Shown: piece after piece, positions 10,197 to 20,028 of the stretch | How the letters are laid out: each line of letters opens with the position of its first letter | Position numbering within the stretch: position 1 is the first letter of the stretch | Source of the DNA: an uncultured Gemmataceae bacterium | GTDB taxonomy: Bacteria > Planctomycetota > Planctomycetia > Gemmatales > Gemmataceae | NCBI GenBank assembly: GCA_963750165.1 | Contig: CAVVPN010000011.1 | Location: forward strand, 480,001-544,000 | Reading direction: 5' to 3' | DNA length: 64,000 nucleotides | Program-made: the position numbers and the translations under genes | The notes under the pieces: generated by a model | The model's database searches: none | What the model was told of the DNA's origin: nothing | Seen by the model: only the letters and a program-made list of their open reading frames with translations

Positions 10197-10546
10197 TCAG
10201 TCGCAGGCGACCGCCATGCCGCCGTGGTCCAGGTGGCTCACGTCCACCGGGTAATTCGCGAACTGAATCGTGTAGTTCTCGAACCAGTGTTTGATGTCCG
10301 GCATCAACCCCGCGTCGAATGCCGGCGATACGTGCAGCGTCGGGCCGAAGACGTTCTTGCGAACCTCGCCCTGCTCCACGACGACCGCTCCCGCCTTGAG
10401 GACGAAACGCGGCAGTTCAAACATAGCTCACCGATCCGCTGACGGCAGGTAGATCGTGATGTCCGCGTCCGCCCCGACGCCGAGGTGCTCCCTGTGCTTC
10501 AGCATCCGCGCCGGGCCGGCGCGTGATGATCGCAATCTCATTCAGT
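10197..10546 (-). pseudogene. fwdA: 3-prime relic of formylmethanofuran dehydrogenase subunit A / formyltransferase-hydrolase subunit A (FwdA/FhcA)
   Basis: LNEIAIITR/AGPARML..HLGVGADADITIY....*AMFELPRFVLKAGAVVVEQGEVR...FANYPV matches the FwdA C-terminus; contains a frameshift and an in-frame TGA; 5-prime part absent. Confidence 0.75.
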
Positions 10547-10719
10547 CTTGAGTTCGATCCAGAAGTGGGCCAGCGGGTTCCGAGCGGTCTTCTTCCAAAT
10601 CACTTTGAACAGGTTCACATCCCTGCTTCCTGCTGGAGTCGCTGGTACAACGCCCACAGGTCGGCGTCACTCGTCCCCCGGTCGGCCGCTTCCGTAAGGG
10701 TGCGCATGTGAGTCTGAAC

Positions 10720-11480
10720 CACCTCGCCACCGCCCGGGCCTTGTGCGCCGACAGGTAATCCAGCACCACGATGTCGCCCGGCCGCAGACGCCGGAGCAAC
10801 ACCCGGTCGAGGTAAGTCCGGAAGGCCAGCGTATCGGTGGCGCCTGGGAACTCCAGGGCGCCGACCACGCCGTCGCGGCGGATGGCCGCCAGCAGCGTCG
10901 TCGTCTCCCAGTGCCCCTCCGGCACGCTCTCCAGCAGGCGCTGCCCGCGCGGGCGCGGCCATACAGGCGCGTCAGGGCGGTGTGCGCGCCGGTCTCGTCG
11001 AGGAAGACGAACCGCGCCGGGTCAATCCCCACGGCCCCGGCGCGGAAGGTGGCCCGCTGGTGCCGCACGTCGGGGCGGTCCTGCTCGGCGGCGTGCAGGT
11101 CTCTTTTTTACAGTCAGGCCGACGCGCGCCAGGGCGCGGTGGATGGTCGTGACGTGGACGCAGGCGCCGAGCCGGTCGCGGAGTTCGGCCAAGGTGGCGT
11201 CGGGTTGCTCGACGACCAGGGCCAGCAGTTGCCGGCGCTGGCCGTCGGCCAACTTGCGCGGAGCGCCGCCGGCGTGGGGCTTGGCGGCCACCGAGCCGGT
11301 CTGGCGGCGGCGCTGGAGCAGTCTGCGGATCCAGGCGGTGCTGACGTGGAAGAGGTCGGCGATCTGCGCACGAGTGCCGCGGCCCTCGTCGCAGGCGCGG
11401 ACGCCGCGCTCGCGGAGGTCCTGGGAGTAGGGTTTCATGAGCATTCATCCTTTCCTACTCCTATTCTGGGCGCGCCGCTA
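10720..11480 (-). mobile_element. IS630-family element, 3-prime truncated
   Basis: OrfA MKPYSQDLRER..HTH (start 11438), AAAAAAG at the VKK junction (~11103-11109), then LHAAEQDRPDV, VFLDETG, GDIVVLDYLSAHK; ends before the YSPDxNPIE motif; probable left end at TA 11479-11480. Confidence 0.85.
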
Positions 11481-11502
11481 CAACCAAACGCAATCTCCTC
11501 TA

Positions 11503-11627
11503 GTTCTACTGTGCGAGGTGGAGTGGGATGAGGCGTAGGACGGCTCTCCAGAGCCGTCTGTGTCGAAGAAGACGGCTCTGGAGAGCCGTCCTACGCCTCG
11601 CTTTCCCCGCATCCCGCACAGTAGAAC
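11503..11627. mobile_element. MITE (125 bp) with terminal inverted repeats and an internal GTAG REP doublet
   Basis: TIR GTTCTACTGTGCG ... CGCACAGTAGAAC, flanked by TA (within CTAG) on both sides; internal GTAGGACGGCTCTCCAGAGCCGTC..GACGGCTCTGGAGAGCCGTCCTAC. Confidence 0.75.
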
Positions 11628-11682
11628 TAGTTTCGCCTGCTCTTGGCTCAACGTGATGACTGGCATGTGCAGCCCTCCTTTC

Positions 11683-13142
11683 GGTTCTTCCGTTTTTAGG
11701 TGCAAGCGCCTGAGAAAATGGCCCGGAAGCCCGCCACCAGTTCCCGAATGTGGGCGATGGTCTGCCGCACCAGATCCTTGCCTCGGTTTAGGTCCAGGAT
11801 CAACCGGCTCCACAGACTGTCCGCGGACTTCAGCCCGTAGGCACGCTTGACAATCACGCGCGCCTTGTTGTTGATCCCCTCCACTGGCCCACTCGTCTGC
11901 CGGCCCTCGAAGTAGTTCAGGATCTCGTCTTGCCAGGTCTCGAAGGTCACGATGAACTTCTCCATCGCCGGGAACTCCTCCAGGATGTCCAGCCACACCC
12001 CGGTCAGCCACCGTAGCGCCTGCCGCCGGTCCGTGGCCGTGTCGAAGATCTTCTGGAAGCGCACGCGGATCTCGTACAGCCGCCGCAGCCGGGGCAACTG
12101 CTCAAACAAGGCCTCCAGCTTCGCTTGCTCTGCCTTGGTCAGGTCCTTGGGGTTGCGGCGGAACTCCCACATCAACGAGCGAAATTCCTTCCGTTGCGCC
12201 TTCGTGAGCTTCTGCTTGTGGCCCCGCGTGATTTTTTTTCCGCGCCTGGTCCACGACCTCGTTGAACTTCTTGGCGACGTGGAAGCGGTCGATGACCGCC
12301 TGGGCGTTGGGCAGCAAGCCCCGACAAGCGGCGTGGAACGCCGGCCCCATGTCGGCCCGGTAGGTATGCACCTGCAGGCGCTGCGCCGCGGACAACTTCT
12401 CCAGGCACTGCTGCGCCGCCGCCGCGTCACGGCCTGCGGTCACCGCCAGCACTTCGGGCCGGTCGGGGTTGGTCAGGTCGGTCAGGATCGTCACGTAGAG
12501 CTTGTGCCGCTTCTTCAGGCTCAACTCGTCAATGCCCACGTCCTGGATCACGCGCTGGGGGTCGATCGTCTTGGCCTGGGTGTCGGCCAACTGGTTGCGG
12601 ACGATCAGGCCGACCGTCTCCGCCGAGATGCCCAGGCGGCGGGCCACCTCCTCCTCGTTACTGCCGATCAGCGCCCGCAAGACGTGCTGCTCGAAGCGGT
12701 AGGTGTAGCTCGTGTCCCGGCGCTTGAAGGGCGGGATCAGGTGTTGTCGGTGATGGCAGTGGGGGCAGCGGTGGAAAACCGGTTGGTAGATCCAGAAGCT
12801 CGGTTGGCCCCAGAGTTCCAGGTCGCGGACGACTTGCACCGTCTCCTTGAACTCCAGGTGCGCGTCCTCCTCGCGGCGGCAGCGGTCGCAGCGACAGCGG
12901 TTGGGCAAGGGCCAGGAGACTTCAAAGCCGTGGCCGTCGCCGTGGCGCTCGTAAGCCACGATGGTGACGCCTTCCGGGAGATCCACGTCGATAGTGATGG
13001 TGGCCATGACCGTCCCTGACGAGCAAGCATCGAGAACCCCAGGGCCGGCCGACGCACGGCACCTATTCAGAAATGTAAGCCCCGCACGCCGCCCAGAAAA
13101 GGCTCAAAAATCCAGGCACTCGCACTTTACCCCGGAAGAACC
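11683..13142 (-). mobile_element. ISL3-family insertion sequence, complete (1460 bp)
   Basis: Imperfect TIRs starting GGTTCTTCCG at both ends; 8-bp direct repeat CTCCTTTC at 11675-11682 and 13143-13150. Confidence 0.92.
11696..13007 (-). CDS. ISL3 transposase, split by a -1 shift at an A8 run (12232-12239)
   Basis: Zn-finger CxxC pairs, VGIDE, DMGPAF, IDRFHV, TSGPVEGINNKARVIVKRAYG. Confidence 0.9.
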
Positions 13143-13322
13143 CTCCTTTCCTTCCACAGTTTCACCAATCCGTATACCCCCGCAAAGCGTCGGCCTCGTG
13201 CCGCACTATTAGTTGGCCTGATCCTTGACGATCGCGCTCCCCACGACGACAATTCTCCCATCGGATGGAGCCGGTCTCGTTACGGCTCCGCTTCTCGCCA
13301 CGTCACTTCGGAGGACGCCAGC

Positions 13323-14811
13323 ATGGCCACCGCCACCACGCAAAAGCCCAAAACCGTCAAGCCGCCCCGGGTCAAGGACCAGCCGCTGTTCATCGGCGGC
13401 AAATGGCAAGACAGCGTGTCCAACAAGACGTTTGCGACCGTCAACCCCGCCACCGGCGAGGTCATCTGCCAGGTCGCTGAGGGCGACAAGGCCGACATCG
13501 ACCTGGCCGTCAAGGCCGCCCGCAAGGCGTTCGAGGACGGCCCCTGGCCGCGCATGGCCGCCGCCGAGCGCGGCCGTCTGATGAACAAGCTCGCCGACCT
13601 CATCGAGAAGAACCAGGAAGAACTCGCCGCCCTGGAAGCGCTGGACAACGGTAAGCCCTACCGCGACGCCCTGACCGCGGACCTGCCGCTGACGATCAAG
13701 TGCTACCGCTACTATGCCGGCTGGGCGGACAAGGTCCAGGGCAAGACCATCCCCGTTGAGGGATCGTTCTTTTGCTACACGCGGCACGAGCCGGTTGGCG
13801 TCGTCGGCCAGATCATCCCGTGGAACTTCCCGCTGCTGATGCAGGCGTGGAAGTGGGGCCCGGCCCTGGCGACCGGCTGCACGGTGGTGCTCAAGCCTGC
13901 CGAGCAGACGCCGTTGACCGCCCTGCGCGTCGCGGCCCTGGCCCAGGAAGCGGGCATCCCCGATGGCGTGCTCAACGTCGTGCCCGGCTTCGGCCCGACC
14001 GCCGGTGCCGCCCTGAGCGGCCACATGGACGTGGACAAGGTGGCATTCACCGGCGAGCACACCACCGGCCAGATCATTATGCGGGCCGCGGCCGAGAGCA
14101 ACCTGAAGCGCGTCAGCCTGGAGCTGGGCGGCAAGAGCCCCAACATCGTCTTCGCCGACGCCGACCTCGACGCCGCCGTGGAGGGCGCCCACCTCGGTCT
14201 GTTCTTCAACCAGGGCCAGTGCTGCTGTGCCGGCAGCCGGCTGTTCGTGCAGGAGTCCGTGTACGATCAGTTCGTGGAGAAGATGCTCAAGAAGGCGAAG
14301 TCGCAAAAGGTCGGCGACCCATTCGACCCGGACACGACGCAGGGGCCGCAGGTGTCGCAGGAGCAGTGCGACCGCATCATGGGCTACATCGACGCCGGCA
14401 AGAAGGAAGGCGCCAAACTGTTGACCGGCGGCAACCGAATTGGCAACAAGGGCTACTTCATCGAGCCGACCGTCTTCGCAGACGTGCGGGACGAGATGAA
14501 GATCGCTCGTGAGGAGATTTTCGGGCCGGTGATGAACATCCTGAAGTTCAAGGACGTGAACGAGGTGGTGCGGCGCGGCAACCAGACCTTCTACGGCCTG
14601 GCGGCGGCGGTGTGGACGCGCGACATCGGCAAGGCGCACCAGACTGGCGAACGGGCTGCGGGCGGGCACGGTCTGGGTGAACTGCTACGACGTGTTCGAC
14701 GCGGCGGCGCCGTTCGGCGGCTTCAAGATGAGCGGCATCGGCCGCGAACTCGGCGAATACGCCCTGCAACTGTACACCGAGGTCAAGACGGTGTACGTGA
14801 ACCTGGGATGA
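13323..14811 (+). CDS. NAD-dependent aldehyde dehydrogenase (ALDH1/2-like); frameshift near 14640
   Basis: [41 protein letters not shown]; the other frame continues [24 protein letters not shown] to TGA 14811. Confidence 0.95.
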
Positions 14812-14815
14812 GAAG

Positions 14816-14915
14816 GAATTAGCCACAGAGAACACAGAGGGCACAGAGAGCAGAAGAGAGGTTATTAGTCCTCTCTTCTGCTCTCTGTGCCCTCTGTGTT
14901 CTCTGTGGCTAATTC
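14816..14915. repeat. Perfect long palindrome with 9-mer periodic arms (CACAGAGnn)
   Basis: GAATTAGCCACAGAGAACACAGAGGGCACAGAGAGCAGAAGAGAGG-loop-exact complement; between convergent genes. Confidence 0.9.
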
Positions 14916-15383
14916 TTAATACCGGAAGTAACGCGGCGTGTAGTAATAGCTGTAGTACGCCGGGGACGCGTAGCTGGAGTAGGCCGGGACGGGGACGGCG
15001 TAGCCGGGCGTGTAGTACGTGGTGGTGCTGCTGTAGACACGCGGCCGGAACAGGCCCGGGCGATAATAATAGGTCGAACTGGTCACCACCGGCGTGGACA
15101 CGGCCGGCTGGTAGAACGAGTAGCGCGCCGGCGGCGCCACGTAGGCCACGGTCGGCGCCGAGTAGACCACGGCCGGCGCGGAGTAGGTCACGGCCGGCGC
15201 GGAGTAGGTCACGACCGGCGCGGAGTAGGTCACGACCGGCGCGGAGTAGACCACGGCCGGCGCCGGGTAGTAGGAGACGCTCGGCACCGTGGGGGTGTAG
15301 TACGTCGTCTGCGCCGCGGCGGGCGTCCCGGCGGCGGCAACGGCGGCCAGCGTCAAACTCAGCGTCGTCAGCAAGCGCTTCAT
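14916..15383 (-). CDS. Secreted Tyr/Pro/Val-rich repeat protein
   Basis: AAGGAG RBS, signal peptide, tandem AP(A/V)V(T/V)YS heptapeptides (21-bp repeats). Confidence 0.8.
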   Translation of the reverse strand: MKRLLTTLSLTLAAVAAAGTPAAAQTTYYTPTVPSVSYYPAPAVVYSAPVVTYSAPVVTYSAPAVTYSAPAVVYSAPTVAYVAPPARYSFYQPAVSTPVVTSSTYYYRPGLFRPRVYSSTTTYYTPGYAVPVPAYSSYASPAYYSYYYTPRYFRY

Positions 15384-15575
15384 GGCAGACTCTCCTTGTG
15401 GTAGACGAACGACCACCCTCCCTGGCCCGTGGTGAATTCCTTTCCTCTATGCTCTGTCAATCGCACACCGCTGTCAACCTGCAACGACCCTTTCGGCGCT
15501 ACCGGCTCTGCCGACCTTGCCGATTATAGCGACTGGGGACACTGGCGCGCGTCCGCTCGCGTTGTGCCGTCGGCT

Positions 15576-16364
15576 TCACTTGCCCAGGTTCACGTCCACG
15601 CCGTTTTTGGGGATGGGCAGGTGCAGCGTCCACAGAATCCCCTGCGTCACCAGGCGGCGGTACTCTGGCAGCTGCCAGTTCTCGTGGAAGTGCAGGCCGC
15701 TGAAGCCGAACGATCGGCCGCCGTCGGGCCGCTGCCACGCCCACGCCACCGTCTCGGCCTTGCCGTCGATGGTGACGCGCAGCACCGGCGTCAGTCCCTT
15801 GGCCGACTTCGGGAATTTCAGCGTGTAATAGAACTCGTCGCGCACCGGAAAGGGCTTTAATCCCGCCGCAACTGGGTGCGTCGGCTCAGCGACGGTCGCC
15901 TCGGTATTGAGCACCTTGTACTTGCGCTCCGGGCCGCCGTGGCAGCCGCCGAACAGCGCCACAAAGGCGTCGATGGGTTTGGCCTCGCGCGTGCCCATGC
16001 CCCAGTGCAGCACCACCAGGCCGCCGCCGCGTTTCGCCAGCTTCCGAAAGGCGGCCAGCCGGTCGGGGCTGTTGCCCAGCCACTTCGCTCCCTCGGACAG
16101 GAATACCACCACCGTATCCGCCTTGTCCAGCAAAGCCGGGCCGTCGCGCCACGGTTCGTCGGCGCGCGCGGTGGTCACCTCCAGGCCTGGCGTCTTCTTC
16201 AGCAGCGCCGCGACGATCTTCAGGCCGGCGACATACTCGTGCGTCTGCGGCGGGTGCCCGTCTGGTCCCTGGCCGAGCAATAGCACGCGCTTCGCCCCGC
16301 CCGCCCACACTGGGCCGGCCAGCCACAACGCCGCCACCACCGCCGCCAGCGTGCGCCAGAACAT
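15576..16364 (-). CDS. Secreted ThuA-like (class I glutamine amidotransferase-like) domain protein
   Basis: Signal peptide, HPPQTHEY, GGGLVVLH, DEFYY, GGRSFGFSGLHFHENW. Confidence 0.85.
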   Translation of the reverse strand: MFWRTLAAVVAALWLAGPVWAGGAKRVLLLGQGPDGHPPQTHEYVAGLKIVAALLKKTPGLEVTTARADEPWRDGPALLDKADTVVVFLSEGAKWLGNSPDRLAAFRKLAKRGGGLVVLHWGMGTREAKPIDAFVALFGGCHGGPERKYKVLNTEATVAEPTHPVAAGLKPFPVRDEFYYTLKFPKSAKGLTPVLRVTIDGKAETVAWAWQRPDGGRSFGFSGLHFHENWQLPEYRRLVTQGILWTLHLPIPKNGVDVNLGK

Positions 16365-16403
16365 GAGGCTCCTCACTTCGCGACACAGGCCAGATCCAGT
16401 CCG

Positions 16404-16445
16404 AGCCCGAGCGCCAGCGAGGGGCTCCTGGCTGGCGCTCGGGCT
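16404..16445. repeat. REP-like palindrome, family B (CCCGAGCGCCAGC)
   Basis: AGCCCGAGCGCCAGC..GCTGGCGCTCGGGCT; relatives at 28201 and 33664. Confidence 0.75.
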
Positions 16446-16450
16446 ACAAC

Positions 16451-18096
16451 TCACCACCACTCCAGCCACGACAGCACCACCGCCGTCAAGGCGCCCAGCA
16501 CCAGGATCAGGCTGATCCCCAGTAGCAGCCACCAGCGCCATACCGGCGGCGCATCTTCCCGGGGCTCCGCGCGTCCGCTGACTGCCGCGGCGGGCCGCCG
16601 CTTCGGCAGCCGCTGCGCCTTGGCCACCGCCAGGCGGAACTCGTCGTAGCCGCTCAACGGCCGGAACTCGCCCTGCGGCTGGTGCGCCGCCTGTGCCTCG
16701 GCGCTCAGCACCCCCTCGCCAAGGCGCTGCAGCACCTGCCGCGTCGTCGCCCGCGCCTTGCACCACTGCCCCTTGCGATCGCGGTAGCGCAGGAACCACA
16801 CGTCCGGGTTGTCCAGGGTGCGCTCGGGCCGGGTGCCGACGGCGGGCACCTGCAAATCCGGCGAGGTCGGTTGCGCCGGCGCCGTCAACCGCTGCCGCAC
16901 CAGCGGATCCTTGAGCGCCAGGTCCGTGTCCACAAAACTCGGCACCGCCGCCGACAGGTTCGCGCGCTCCAGTTCGACGATGATCTCGCTGACGGTCTGG
17001 TAACGGTTGGGCGGGTCGCGCACCATCATGCGTTCGAGGATGTCGTCGAGGATCGGCGGCACCGCCGGGTTGACGCTGCTGGCCGGGGCGAAGAAGCCGA
17101 GGTCCTTCTTCGAGACGATCTCCAGGTGGTTGTCGCCGGTGAAGGGCACCTCGCCGGTGACCAGGTGGTAGAGGGTGGCGCCCAGGGCGTAGATGTCGCT
17201 GCGGGCGTCGGCGTACTTGGCGTTCATGGCCTGTTCGTAGGGCATGTAGTACGGTGTGCCGAACCCCTGACGGGCGGCGGTCAAATGGCTGGCCTCGTCG
17301 GTACGCTTGGCCAGGCCCATGTCCGCCAGCTTGGCGATACCGGACAGCGTCATGAGGATGTTGTCCGGCTTGATGTCGCGGTGGACGATGTTGCGTGAGT
17401 GGGCGTGCTCCAGGCCGCGGGCGATGTCGAGGATGATATGCACCGCGTCGCCGACCGAAAGCCGCTGATAGCGCTGCAAGAGTTGCAACGCGCTGGGGCC
17501 ATCGACGTATTCCATGACGAGGTAGTGCTTGCCGGTGACGCGGTCCAGCCCCGCGGCGAGGTTGCGGACGATGTTGGGGTGGTTGAGCAGGGTGCCGCTG
17601 CGGGCTTCGCGGTAGAAGCACTCGATACTCGGCGCGTGCTCGGACAGGTGATCGGCCAGCACCTTGACGGCGACGGGACGGTTCTCGTCCGTCGGGTATC
17701 CGAGGTAGACGGCTCCCATGCCGCCCTCGCCGAGGCGGCGCAGCAGCCGGTACTTGGCGATGGCCCGCAGCTCGGCGCCGTCGAGGACGGCGTTGTGCTC
17801 GTCGCCGGACGGGGGCGGGTCGAGCCTTGCTGGGGGCGGGATGGGCCTGGCCGTTGGTCTGAGCGCGGGCGGGGCTGTTGGCGTCGATGTGCGTGAGGTC
17901 CAGGGCCTGGCGCAGTTCGTCCGCCTGCGCGGGGGTGAGCAAGTGCTGCCGGACCAGGCTCTCCAGCAGATCCACCGGCTTGCCCTGCGCATGGGCCTGG
18001 AAGACCAGTTTATAAACCTGTTGCACGCGCACCGCGTCCGCCCCATACCGAGACACGGCCAGCTTGGCGGCGCAGCTTCTCGGACTCACGTAGCAT
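16451..18096 (-). CDS. Hanks-type Ser/Thr protein kinase with C-terminal TM anchor; frameshifts in the 5-prime part
   Basis: LGEGGMGAVY, VAVKVL, HRDIKPDN, KLADMGLAK, GTPYYMPYEQ, SDIYALG. Confidence 0.9.
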
Positions 18097-18248
18097 GAGC
18101 CAGGACCTTTCCAGGTGTCATGGGGAGTCTGGAGCCATATAAGGGTTGGACACTACCATTACTGTATCGCGGCGACGGGCCGGGAGCAATTCGGAAATTT
18201 GGGTGGTTGCCTCGGGGATGACACTCAGAGGCACCAGGTGGCGCCGCT

Positions 18249-18320
18249 TGCCACAGCAAGGGGGCCAAGGAGGCCAAGGGGGCCAACTTTTTCACACGTC
18301 GAGAATTGGCACCCTTGCCC
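18249..18320 (-). repeat. Third copy of the ~70-bp dispersed 9-mer-tail repeat
   Basis: Reverse complement ATTCTCGACGTGTGAAAAAGTTGGCCCCCTTGGCCTCCTTGGCCCCCTTGCTGTGGCA, near-identical to 4353-4410. Confidence 0.85.
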
Positions 18321-19999
18321 TTACAGAAGACTGAGCGGCGGCACCGCCTGCAACCGCACTGCGCAGGCGCACCACATCTGTCTGCCGCCAGGCGAACTGC
18401 AACCACTCCGCGAACTCCTCAGCGCTGGGCAGCGCGTCGGGCGGCAGCACCAGGGCCGCGGTGCCCCCCTCCGCCAGCGCGTGCAACGCCCCGGCGGCGC
18501 GCAACTGGCCGCGCGGCGCCACCGCGGCGTCCCACGGCGTCAGTCCGGTCACGTCATCAAGGGGCGCCGCGGCGGGCGCTGGCGGCCCGTCCAGACAGGT
18601 ATCCAGCAGGGCGACGCGGCCGTCGGCGTGCAGCACGTTGCGCAGCTGCTGCAACAGCCGGCCGGTGAACTCCAGCGCTGGCTTGCTGTCACCCAGGCCG
18701 CGGCCCGTCACGCTGCGCACCGCCGCGTCGAGGCCGACCGGCACCACCACCACGCGCCCCGCTCCAGCAGGAAGCCGCGCATCAGCGCCGCGTCGGCGCC
18801 GCGCATCTGCAGGCGGACGAAGGCCCGCTTCTGCGCCGCGGCGCTGAGCGCCAGCCGCGCCAGGCTCGCCAGCTTTTTCAGCAGCAGTTCCTCGTCGCCG
18901 CGGACGCCCGGCAGTTCCAGCAGTCGCGGCAGGTGCAGGCCGACGTGCAGCAGTGTGGCCGGGTGCTTGCGGTTCAGGCCGACGCCCAGCGGCACGGGGC
19001 GGCGCGGCCGGTCGAAGGTGAACGCCAGCGGCGCCCCATCGGCGGCCCAGCGCGCCAGCCGCAACAACCGCTGCTGGCGATCCGCGTCGGCGCACGGCGC
19101 GAAATCCGCGTCGGACAGGTGCCAGTGGACCTCGCCCAGCGCCGCCGGGTCGAGCCGCCATTCCGCCAGCAGCGCGTCGATGAATTCCATACGGCGGTCG
19201 GCGGTTTCGGTTCGCGCCAGGTCGGCGAACAGCGGGCCGGCATGGTCCTCCGCCCACGGCGGCGGCGTGGTGCAATTCAGGTTGAGCGTCAAGCGGAGGT
19301 CGTCGCCATGCAGTCCGAGCCGCAACTGCCGGGCGAACGCCGCCGCGTCCTCGACGCCCGCCAGCGCCGCCAGGTGTTCGGGGCCGTCGAGCGCGACCGC
19401 CGTGCCGGCCAGCGCCGCGCCTGTTGCAGCGCTTCGATGATGGCGGTCGCACCACAGCCGGGAGGCGGCCCGGGCACCCAGCCCGCCAGTTCCAGCGGCG
19501 CGTCGAGGCCGCCGAGCGACAGCAGGCCGTCGCGGTGCGCCGACAGCAGATCGCGACTGAAGACGGCTTGCAGCGTGTACTCGCGGAGGCAGCCGCGCGC
19601 CACCGCGGCCGGGGCGTCCAGCGTCGAGAAGTGATACGCCACGTCGCCGACCGGCGGCCGCGGCGTTTCCTCGGCGTCGGTCGGCGCGGCGCCGGCGTCC
19701 GCGTGGCGCAGCTGCTCCGCGAGGACGTGGGCCAGTTCGGGCTGCCGCAGTTCGCGGACGACCTTGACGACGAGGTCGGCGAGCCAGGCGGTGGTGGGGA
19801 TGGGTTCGTCGCACTCCTCGGCGAGGAAGTGCAGGACGCCGTCGGTCAGTTCGCGGGCCAGGAAGGCGTCGGGCTGGCCGAGCGCCTCGGTGGCGGCGAA
19901 GAGGGCGTGGCTGATGCGGTCGGCCTCGAAGGGGGCGAGGCGGCCGTCGCGCTGGCGGACCCAGGAAGGCAGGCCGGGGCGGGGGCGGGATGCTTCCAT
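18321..19999 (-). CDS. ATP-cone domain plus degenerate class III ribonucleotide reductase (NrdD)-like protein; several frameshifts
   Basis: VRQRDGRLAPFEADRI..LF.A ATP-cone; EYTLQAVFSRDLLSAHRDG, FTFDR, VGLHLPRL segments resemble NrdD; no C-terminal Zn finger or RxxGY seen. Confidence 0.6.
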
Positions 20000-20028
20000 G
20001 CGACTTTCTCCTGCGTCCAAACAATTTG

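Larger units (their letters stand above)
10545..11666 (-). pseudogene. Disrupted small two-gene module, toxin-antitoxin-like
   Basis: MPVITLSQEQAKL(EEIAFG) starts at 11666 and is interrupted by the MITE and IS630; putative tail GEVVQTHMRTL...LQQEAGM* ends at 10615 and overlaps (GTGA) a truncated VNLFKVIWKKTARNPLAHFW fragment resembling a RelE/ParE N-terminus. Confidence 0.4.

Noticed and set aside
15576..18089. 837-aa ORF as a single kinase-ThuA fusion
   Set aside because: It strings together the kinase N-terminus, an off-frame read-through and the separate ThuA gene, which has its own RBS and signal peptide.
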